64,000 bases of DNA from the human T2T-CHM13v2.0 reference genome, Homo sapiens, in NCBI RefSeq assembly GCF_009914755.1, contig NC_060936.1; one strand, written 5' to 3'. The notes below the pieces were generated by a model. That model saw only the letters and a list, made by a program, of their open reading frames with translations. It ran no database searches and was not told where the DNA came from. Shown piece by piece: positions 1-31,440 of the stretch. Numbering within the stretch: the stretch's first letter is position 1; every line of letters begins with the position of its first letter. Position numbers and translations under genes: made by a program.

Positions 1-426
1 TTTTGTATTTTTAGCAGAGATGGGGTTTCTCCATGTTGGTCAGGCTGGTCTCGAACCCCCGACCTCAGGTGATCTGCCTGCCTCAGGCTCCCAAAATGCT
101 GGGATTACAGGTTGAGTCACCGCCCCTGGCCCAGACTTTTAAAAATTTTGATTCCAGGCCAGGCATGGTAGCTCACGCCTGCAATCCCAGCACTTTGGGA
201 GGCTGAGGCGGGTGCATCACTTGAGGCTGGGTTCGAGACCGGCCTGGCCAACATGGCAAAACCTCGTCTTTACTAAAAATACAAAAAGTAACTAGCTGGG
301 CATGGTGGTGCTCGCCTGTAATCCCAGCTACTTAGGAGGCTACAGCAGGAGAATCGCTTGAACCTGGGAGGCAGAGGTTGCGGTGATCTGAGATTGCACC
401 ACAGCAGAGTGAGCCTATCTCAAAAA

Positions 427-464
<38 letters not shown>
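1..464. mobile_element. Two Alu elements head-to-head: partial Alu(-) 1-131 and Alu(+) 157-464 with (AAAT)n tail
   Basis: Alu consensus sequence; (AAAT)~10 at 424-464. Confidence 0.9.
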
Positions 465-466
<2 letters not shown>

Positions 467-1268
467 CCAATGAAGGATTTGGAAAAAAATTTTTGAGACA
501 GTCTTGCTCTGTTGCCCAGGCTGGAGTGCAGTGGTGCGATCTCTTTTGGCTCTTTAATGCTCTTTTGGCTGAGGGTGGATGGGAACCAGAAAATAGCTTC
601 ATGGAGGTTAAATTTAAGTCTTTAGGGATAACAGAGTTCGAAAAAGAGGAAAGTGAGCAAAGATGCAGGGAAAGAAAGCAGAAATGAGCAGAGAAAGGAA
701 AAGGCAGGAAGATATGGTAAAGACAGGAAAACATCTGAAAAATGACAGTCACTTTATGTAGTGTATAGGACTAAACAGATAAAGCAGAGAAAGTTGAGGT
801 GACTTTTTGAACCATTAACTGATAAAACCAGTCTTATGCTTAAGGAGGATTCACCTGGCAGTGGTAAGGAGAAGTAAATGCTGGAGGGAAGAGACTGGAG
901 GCAGAAGGCCAGTTAAGAGGTTCTTGCAATAGACGAGGTGGATGACAATAAGGGCCTGAGCCAGGAGAGTGACAGTGGAAACAGAAAGCCTATTAGCCAA
1001 CATTTTAAGCCAGAACTTGAAGTTGCTACTGACCCCAATCTTCCCAGGCAAGTAGCAGGCCATGCCAGGTGAAAATAATTTAAAATGTTATGCTATTTCA
1101 AATAAAGCTTTCCTGAAACAGAATTAAGAAAAAGTGAGCTCAGCCAAATCCATGTTGAGTTTAGCACCATCACTACCCTTCGGGCCTTGTACTCTCACGA
1201 AGGCACTCAGCCAACTGTGGAAAAGAAATATACACAGGAGACTCAAGAAACATCTTATTAATACAGTA

Positions 1269-1274
1269 TTTATT
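1269..1274 (-). terminator. ATP5MC2 polyadenylation signal AATAAA
   Basis: Plus-strand tttatt ~125 nt after the stop codon, followed on the minus strand by a U/GU-rich tract. Confidence 0.85.
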
Positions 1275-1396
1275 TGTCTTTTCTCTGTCAAACCCTGAGC
1301 CAACCACGTTCCCCAGGCTGCCTGGGGAGGTATAGGAAAAGGAACACACGGGGCCAACCAGACGCGGGAGAACTATGGGAGGTGGAGACGGCTCCT

Positions 1397-10880
<9,484 letters not shown>

Positions 10881-12184
10881 TAATTACTTTTAAGTTAATG
10901 GATGTCTTCAACTCTTGTCCTATCTAGAACTCTGATTTTTGCCTATATGTAACTCTAACCCAATTTTGCTGCCGTACTATTCAGGTTTTCTTGGGTCAAA
11001 ATCCAATAGTTCTTTAAGGCTTTTAGAAAAAGAAGGGGTGGTTCTTTTCTAAGGGAATTATACCTTATTATCTTCTTTGTAAAATGCAGCTCTTAGGGGG
11101 ATTAAGTATGTTCATTTACAAATTAACATACATAAAGAGTTTAATGTGGTGCTGGCATATAATAAACCCACAACAAGGGGTGGCAATTAAGTGATCCCAC
11201 CATTGGCTATCTAACCATGGCAACTCTGCAATTGTTAGCCTACAACTTGGGCAAAGGCACTATCCAGAATCAGGACTCCAAAATCATCACGGGCTTTTTC
11301 CTCAGTGTAGATGAGTCACAGGGGTAGTAACTTAACTATTCCTTTCCTTAAACCTTCTTTTCCTTGTAACAGCAGAATCTGGGGAGGTTAATTAATCCTT
11401 CACAGGAAAGCTGGCAGGCAGGGTCTCATGCTGGCCCCACTAGCTTGGCCTTACCCCACCTTTCTGGGCCTGCTGCCTCAACAGAAACCCTCATCTCTAG
11501 CCCACCATTTGTGACTTTTACAACTTCACCAGCGTGCCGGGATGCGAGAAAGGTACTGGTAAATAACTAGTGATTCCAAAGCAACCAGCCTCTCTCTTCT
11601 GCCTTAGCTATCCCAAGCCACAACCTAACGGGAGGCGATGTTTTGGCTTTTTTTCCCACTTCTACCATGTTCAAGGTTTACTTTTTAAATTGAGGGGTGC
11701 TGACTAGAGGGATTGGTGACTTTAGACGATCCACTATCTCCATTGCTCGGAGCACCTGAGGTTCTGGGGCCTAAAGTCTGGAGATTTCAGAATAAAGAAG
11801 GCACAAGTCAGGATGAGAAGAGAAAGCAGAGATAGGAGGGGAGAGCCTGGGGGTTGTCACAATCTGAAAGGGCCAGAGGGCGAGAAAAGAGTGTTTGCAG
11901 GGACTGGGTGGAACAGGTGAAAAGCAGCACTCCAGGATCTAACTTTGGCCAGCTCCAAGGTATCCTCCCCCTGCGAGACATCCAAGATGGCGCCAGGCCC
12001 GCGCGGTTGGAGGTCACCGGCACGCGGAAGAGCCAACTCTAAGGCTAAGGGATAGCGGAAGCAAGAAAGGGCGAGAGGACCAGGGTGGGAGCACGCAAGG
12101 TAAGCGCCTCAAAGCATCCGCGCAAGGTGAGGTGTCCCGCGCGCGTGCGCAGCGCACAGAGGGCTCTAGGTCCCAAGGCCTTAC

Positions 12185-12324
12185 CTGCTCCCACTGCAGA
12201 GAAGACAGAGAGGGGCGGAGCAGCGGGAAGAGCGAAAGGAAGGCTCAGCGCATGCGTGACCCGGGCCAACGAGTCGCTCAGCCACGGATAGAGTGATTGC
12301 AACATACAGGATCAGCTCAGGCAT
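12185..12324 (-). CDS. ATP5MC2: ATP5MC2 exon 1: 5'UTR of the main form; coding for the N-terminally extended isoform (MPELILYVAITL...)
   Basis: Donor AGCAG|gtaagg at 12185; ATG at 12324 is open and in frame through exon 2 into MFACSK (57 extra codons). Confidence 0.7.
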
Positions 12325-13359
12325 CACAGCGCCGCCTGCCAGGGCTGTGGCGGTATCCGGCCGGTTGCTCCACCTGGCGTTCGAGAGGAGAAACTACAGG
12401 GAGCGCCGACTGTGCAGAAATGAGGCCAACTCCGCGGAGTAAGCCGATCCGTAACGTGGACTGCGGTTTGGTCTGTACCGCGTTTGGGATCTCGGACTTG
12501 CGTCCCCTTTCCGAGCATGCGCAGTCGTCACACTGCCAAAACAAAACTCCTACTCAGAATTCAGTGTTAACATACGGTCGGGATTGGGGTTCAGTGCCTA
12601 AAATGCAGCAGGAGGAAGATCTTGGGAGTCCTGCTTTCTGTCGCGCCGGGACTCTGGCATCACTGGATGGCAAACCGGCTCCATGGGCGAATAGTCAGCA
12701 AAATGCCGCAGCTGCTTCTGGTGGCTTCGCCCTTTCCCCCACTCCCCGTTTCCTCCTTTCCATTCCGGTGATAAACCATGAGAGAAGCAGCATCAGCGAG
12801 CCAGAAGATAGGGTTAAATATGATCCGAATCCCTCTTTCCTGGCTCCTGGGACAGTCTAGGAATAACGGGCACCTGCGACCCGCTGTAAGGTTGCGAGGT
12901 CACTCCAGGCTTGCCCGAGCCTCTGCTCAGGTTTCAACTACGCGAGTTGGGATAAGCAGCGCCCTCCCCTCCCGCCCCCATGCTCTCCTGAACGTGGGTT
13001 TTCTCTCCCCTTTCGCTCGCCCTTCCCCTGATGGAAGGAGGTGGGGGAGGCTTCCTGGCCCTCATCTTTCCTAGGCCTCCTTGTCTCCCAGACAGGACCT
13101 GCCCTGCCCTTTGGAACAGGGCGACAAGGCCTATCCAGTTCCAAACCCCTGCCGTCCCTGCATCGTGCTTGAACGCAGCACGAGAAAGACGGGAAAAGCT
13201 CACCAAACCCCATAAAAAATAAAAAATAAAAAGAAAGCCGCGGCTGTAAATAAAGGCAAATCCGCCACCCTCTGAGGGGCCGTTTGTCCTCCCCTCCTTG
13301 GCCCCGTCCTTCCCGCCGCCCCCTCCCGGCTCCCGGGCCCCGCGGCGCCCCGGCCCCGA

Positions 13360-13695
13360 GCTCCTCCATTTAATCGGATTTGGGAGAAGGGGAGGATAAA
13401 TCACGGCAGCAGCTTTACGGTCCCGGAGGAGAGGCGAGCCGCAGACAGGCACACCCCGGCCGGCGATAAAAACCGCCGCTGAAAGCCCACGGAGCAATTT
13501 CCCGGGACCCCGAGCGACGCCATTACAGGAATGTAATTTTGCCCGGATGAGGCCCCGAGTTTAATTATCCTCGCGGAGGAATTTCAATGCGGCCAATCCA
13601 TCTTGCAGGCGGGCGGCAGAGGGATTTATATGGGCCCGTTATTTCACACCGATCCTCCATCTGCATTTTTATGGCCCTGAGCTCCTGAAAGGGAG
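13360..13695. promoter_or_regulatory. Putative highly conserved non-coding element (probably ultraconserved uc.339)
   Basis: Unique sequence with AT-rich homeodomain cores inside GC-rich DNA (ATAAATCA 13396-13403, TTTAATTA ~13560, TTTTATGG 13667-13674). Its position just upstream of ATP5G2 fits my recollection of uc.339; not verified. Confidence 0.6.
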
Positions 13696-14463
13696 GGGAA
13701 GGAGTGGGGAGAAATAGGAGAAGCGGGCGAGAAGAGGAGGGTGGTAGACTGCCTGTCTTTCCTAAATTCGCGTTTCCAGCTCCATCAGGATTCTCACAGG
13801 TTCCTCTGAAATCCCCAAATCTCCAGTTTTAGTTGTTGATTGCGCCCCGAGCGGGCAGGTACGTGGGAAATGGAACTGGGATCTTTGGGAATCAATCAAC
13901 AGGTATTTATCAAGTACCAAGTGGTGCCAGGCACTGTGGAGATGCTGTTAGGAGAAAGACAGGCTAGCAAAGACACAAGTTTATCCCCTGAGGTCTCCAG
14001 ACATCTCCATTCCCACCAAAACGGAATTCTTTTAAGCTGTCAGCTTCACATCCTCAGTGGCAGAGAAAGTCCACAGTTCTTAGGAGCCACCACCCCCAAA
14101 CGGCTGTTGCAGCTGTTGCGACAATTTAGACACTCAGATATGGCTAACAATCCCAGAGGAGGATCAGAGAAGGGGCCTGGGAGGAAGCTAAAGCTGGCTC
14201 TTTCCAAAAGTTGTTACAGCCTGCGATGTTTAACACTCCCTTGCCCTCATAGAATAATGGGTTCTGCGTTCAGACAAATCTGGGTTCCCAAATTGCTGTG
14301 TGATCTTGAGCTAGCTGTTTAACCCCCTCTAAATCTATTTCCTCCTATGTAAATTGAGAAGAATAATAGTACTTATCACACAGCCAATATTGGGATAATA
14401 CATATGAAGCTTTTAGCAAGGTACTTGGTACCCAGTAAGAGTTCAGTAATTGCTAGCATTAAA

Positions 14464-14527
14464 ATCATCATCGTCACCACCACCACCACCACCACCACCA
14501 TCACCACCATCATCACCATCATCATCA
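14464..14527 (+). repeat. (CAC/CAT)n microsatellite at the end of a MIR fragment
   Basis: atcatcatcgtcaccaccacc...atcatcatcac. Confidence 0.9.
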
Positions 14528-15369
14528 CTGCTTCTATAGTTAAGGGCATTGCAACTCAATTCTGCACTGCTACCTATATGGACTGTTTATTGCAAGGTCC
14601 TTGAGATAGTATCTCCTGAAAGAGACTCAACTACACTTTAAAAACGTTTTCACCTGCATAAGTCATACAAAACAAGTTATTTTACTTGCTGGTGAGTGGA
14701 GATCTGAGGGGAGGCTGAGAATCCTGGGACTATTACTACGAGGCTTGAAGCAAGAAATCAAATCCGCAAGGGAGCAGTGAGGCTCCAAAAAGGAGGTTTG
14801 TAAGGGGAGGGGTGAATTTGAAGACAGCAAAAGATCCAAGAGAAGCTTAGCTGAGGGTCGGAGGATCTTCTTAACTATAGGCTTGGGGAAGGGTCCTTCT
14901 TTCACTTCACAAAGGGAAAACCGGGGTCCAGGAAGGAAAGGGTGTGGAGACAGAACTATCCTTTCCAATCAGTCCCTTTCTTTTCCTACCAGACCATATA
15001 ACAAGGTTGGACTGATTGGCCAGTTTTTTTAATGACTGTGAGTGGCAGATTCTGACTGGTTGGCAGCCTCCCTGCCCAGTGGTGACGAAGAAATGAGATT
15101 GATCTTTCCTTTCTTAGGATTGGTTAACAACCCTCAGGGGGGCCACAGACTCATTTTAATTGACTGGATAGGCTAAGAGAGAGGTTCAGCTTCTCTCATA
15201 TAGAAATTCCAAGTGTCCTTTTCTACAAAGGTCACCAAGGAAGGGTTTTGATTGGTTTATATATGTTTCTTTGGACAAGAAACCATAGCTTAGAGCAGAA
15301 AAATCAAGATACTCATGCAGGCATGCCACAATGAGAAAGAGCCACGAAAGAAACAGGAGTGATTTTAAA

Positions 15370-15372
<3 letters not shown>

Positions 15373-15420
<48 letters not shown>
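15373..15420 (+). repeat. (GA)24 microsatellite
   Basis: Pure GA run. Confidence 0.95.
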
Positions 15421-15422
<2 letters not shown>

Positions 15423-16045
15423 AGGGCACAGAGAAATGCGAAGAAAAAATATTGCTAGAGAGAAGAGGAAGGGTTTAAATGGTTTGATTTCCATTCCTGA
15501 TGGCTTAAGATGAGGATACTTTATGATGTGTTTTGCTAGATGCACATGTTGCCAGCAAGTGGCATGGATAGAACAGCTGTCTTCGAGGCAGGAGACTGGA
15601 GTCTAGTCCTAGCCCTGCTACTAAATAGTTGAATAACTATGCTAGTTACTTCATCTCTCGAAGCTTTAGTTTCCTCATTTGGAAAAATCAGGGAGAGAAG
15701 TAGGTGATCTCTAAGATTTCATCCAGTGTTAACTTTCCAGGATTTTCTTTCTTTCTGCTAAACAGGCACTTTTCTGCAAGTTAAAGTGGAAACTTTGCAC
15801 TGCCAATACTTTATACATATTGAGCTTCTCTATTTATTGGTGATTGTTAATTTCAAGCTCCTGGGCTGTGATGGGCTGGTGGGAACTGACTGATATATTT
15901 TCTACTTTTCCTTGCTAAATCAATTCCCTAAGACATCAGGACTGTGAGACATCGGTAAACCTCCCTACTTCTAAAGAAAGAAAACAGTAGATGAAGGAAG
16001 GGAAAGGATCACTGGTATCCAGGCTTCTGAGGGAGGAATCAGTAG

Positions 16046-22002
<5,957 letters not shown>

Positions 22003-22242
22003 TTAGTTACATCCTCTTTAGGTGGAGAATAGCAGAAGTCACGGCAACCATGGAAGGGCCAGGGTGAGAAATCAGCAGCCCCTTTTGTAATAAGCTGAAA
22101 AGTTTCTGATGAAAAGGTGAATTTGGCAAGCTGTGAGAATGAAGAGGGGGAATTGCTGGTGGGCAAGTCTGGAGGCTTTCTAGCCATGAAGAACAGAATG
22201 GGAAGGGCAGAAAGAAGAATCAGAGTGCTGTAGTGAGATGAG

Positions 22243-22820
22243 TGAGCCCACCTCTAATATTTGTGGGGCTCACAGCAAGAGAAAAATTTAGGCCCCGATA
22301 CCAAATATCTAAATATGTAAAAGTTATAAATCAAAGCTAATAAACCATTAAGTAAACATGTCCTACCCTCTTATCTTGACAAATATATCAATATCAACTG
22401 GAAGGTTTATATTTAGAATTCTGGAATTCCTTCAAGTCCCTGTTTGCCTCATGTTCTCTTTCCATTCATGGCTCTGTCCCACTGCCGAAGGGGCCTCACA
22501 CAAAAGTGTGCGCTCAGTAAGGCCATACATCTAAACTCCATCTGCACTACAGGCCAACAGGACTAGGAATGTGCCCCCAGTAGCTCAGTCTGTGCTCTCA
22601 AGAGATCAGCCCCCAGGAAGAGGCTGTGGGCTGTGGCCTTGGAAAGGGCTGCTCAACAGGGGATTCTGGTAACTGGAGCATGTCTAGGAGTGGGGAGAAA
22701 TGAGCTCTGGGTAGACATATCCACTTGGCCTTAAGTTATCCTCCTTCTGGAGGAGGATGAGGCCGTCTTTAAAAAAACAAGCACCAAAGATAAAATCCCT
22801 CTGGCCAAGTCTAAAGGCAT
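22243..22820 (+). mobile_element. MER115-like hAT-Tip100 fossil
   Basis: cctctaatatttgtggggc...aaaagttataaatcaaagctaa...cttgacaaatata resembles the MER115 consensus as I recall it. Confidence 0.55.
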
Positions 22821-23405
22821 GGACTCCAAAATGATATAGAGCTAGTTCAAATCCCTATTGTAATATTTCTTTATTCTTCTTTGAACCTGAGCAGGCTCTT
22901 TGAGGCTCCATTTTCTTACTTGTAAAATGGGGATAATAATAACTACCTTACAGCGTTATTGTGAGAATTAAGCAAATGTGTGCAAAGCACCTGGTATTTA
23001 ATAATCGCTACTTAGTTCACATTGTTTTTCTTCCCACTCACTACCATGCTTCCCTTAAAGTAACCATGCAGGCTGGGGGAAAAAAATATGATTTTTTTTT
23101 GGTAAGGCTATCTGGCAGAAGTGAGTCTAAGAAAAAGGAATTTATAAAGAAGACAGTAATAATCTAGGCAGTAATAATCCCAGCTCAGCCTGGAACCATG
23201 TGGGAGAAAGAGGGAGAGTAAGTTATTTTGTATGCAGATAAATGAGAAGTGGTAATGGTGTAATTGCTTTTACAATCTGTTTGTTTTGCTGAGGGTAGCA
23301 GGTGGTTACTGTTTTGATTCTTGATTTTCATGTTAAGACAGAGGGAGAAAAGGTGTGAATAATCCAAAATAAAAGAAAATCCAAACACCATTCCTTGGTG
23401 ACTAG

Positions 23406-29622
<6,217 letters not shown>

Positions 29623-29680
29623 TTAGTTTCCCTTGCCTGTGTGTCTAGGGTAGCTGTGTATTTTGTTCTCACCATGTATA

Positions 29681-30321
29681 TAAGGAAAATACAAATATAT
29701 TACATACACATGCACACTGATCCCAAACCGCTGGTCCCCAGGCCCTCAGCTGCAGCCTGACATAGAAGTAGATGCTTCAGAATTTCCGCCTAGGGCAGAC
29801 TGGCTGCAGCCTCCACTGAGGTGCCTGCTGGTGTCCTTCTGTAGGGCTTCTTTACCACCAGGCAGCCTGGCAGGACGTCATTTGTTTCTCTGCCCTCATC
29901 ACCTTCCCTGGCTTCCAATTTCATCTTGTCATTTTTCAGAATCATTTACATGGTTCTCCTGTAGGCTTTTTTTTTTTTTTTAACTTTCTCCATTCCTGCA
30001 TAAAATTCTATAGAGACCAGGGAGGGAAACCCACCATCTCTCTCTCTCTCCCCACTAACCCCTTTCTGTCTGTCACACACACACACACACAGTGGCAGGC
30101 AGACTTCATCTCTCCCCTAACCTTGCCATGCTCCCAAATAGCAAATCAAGATCACTTCCCTTTTAGGAGATGGGTCCATCCTTTTGGTGGATTCACCCGA
30201 GGTTGCTGAAGGGCCGAAATTCTGAAGCATCTACTTCTATGTCAGGCTGCAGCTGAGGGGACCAAATGTTTGGGGTCAGTGTGTGTGTGTATGTCATGTT
30301 TTTGTAAAGGTATTTTCCTTA
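29681..30321. repeat. Inverted repeat of non-Alu sequence: arms 29681-29786 and 30216-30321, 429-bp spacer
   Basis: 29743-29786 is the exact reverse complement of 30216-30259 (44 bp); outer parts are degenerate and end in TAAGGAAAATAC / GTATTTTCCTTA. Confidence 0.92.
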
Positions 30322-31381
30322 AGCAGAAGGTAGCTTTGACTGTAGGTTAGAATTCTAAGTGTGAGTGGGAGGGGAAGTTGGGGGGTGAGGAAAAAAAGTC
30401 CTGTTCTGACCTTTGCGGATGGGGATTCCAAGAGAAGTCTTGGTCCTTGCCTTTCTGGGAACCCTCAGTCTATGTGGGGAAAACTCCAGGTCAGATGGGG
30501 TGAACCAGAGGGAACAATGCACTTCTTCACAAACCAACATATAAACACTTGCGAATGAAATCACGCAGAGACATTCATCAGCTTCAAAAGGAGAGCGGAA
30601 CTGGGAAAGGAGTCGGCAGAATTGAGAGAGGAGAATTTGGGAAAGCTTCTCCATGAGAGCGGTGCCTGGAGAGGTGGGTTGGGAACCGTCGCTGAGAATA
30701 AGGCACAGGTCAGCCGCCTTTCCCAGCATCTCCTCCTCGCAAACCCCAAGCCAAGGCAAGCTGGATGAAGCGCTCCCTGGGCAGGCCCGGCTCTCCGTGT
30801 CCCTCCATCACCTGACCCCGCTGGCTCTCGCAGACCCCTTCCTCCACACTCACTCCTCCCGGCTCTCCTTCTATAATCTCCTGACATCTCTTCAAATCCA
30901 ATTATTGAATTAATTGACGTACGAACCCAGAGGCAAACAGAAAGGGGCGGCAAACACTGGGCGGCTCAGATTTATCCTTCGGCCTCCGCAGGGCCCGGCC
31001 GGACGAGATTTACTGGGCCTCGAACACGGCGACAGTTCAAACCTTTGATTAATCATGTTTTTCTGCCTACCCCATAATTTAGTTGCTCTTTTTCCCTCCC
31101 TGCCTTTTTTTTTTTTTTATCAGCGGAAACAGAGACGGAGTCCTCATCAGCTTCAATTACAAATATTAAGGTCCCGGACAGCACTTTGACAGAGAGGCGG
31201 CCAGCCCCCCACTTCGTACCACCCCCCTAAATCATCTCCGAATTAACATCACAATCGGCGGCTGGCGCGTGTTCAGATTTAAATGGTGGCATATTGTTCG
31301 CGGACGGTCTAGCTCAGAACCGCGCGCTCGCAGCTCCCGCGGCGGGCCCCGCCTCTGCCCACACCGGCCCCTGCGGCCTCC

Positions 31382-31440
31382 CGGGAGGCTGTGACTCAGG
31401 AGTCGCGGGAGGCTCCGACTCAGGAGTCGCGGGAGGCTCC
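31382..31440 (+). repeat. 24-bp tandem repeat, ~2.4 copies (GACTCAGGAGTCGCGGGAGGCTCC)
   Basis: Identical units at 31393-31416 and 31417-31440, partial unit before. Confidence 0.92.

Larger units (their letters stand above)
11970..13700. promoter_or_regulatory. CpG island / ATP5MC2 promoter with NRF1-, YY1- and ETS(GABP)-like motifs
   Basis: High CpG density. GCGCATGCG 12248-12256, GCATGCGCA 12515-12523, GCGCGTGCGCA 12141-12151 (NRF1-like); CAAGATGGCG 11983-11992 (YY1-like); CGGAAG 12026 and 12056. Typical of nuclear OXPHOS genes. Confidence 0.85.

Noticed and set aside
12297-13497. 187-aa ORFs (12297-12860 +, 12934-13497 -) and neighbours in the ATP5MC2 CpG island
   Set aside because: GC-rich, stop-poor promoter DNA; non-ATG starts in several cases; no recognisable domain.
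31382-31440. Short palindromic direct repeats resembling a CRISPR array
   Set aside because: Only two adjacent copies with no spacers, in eukaryotic DNA without cas genes.
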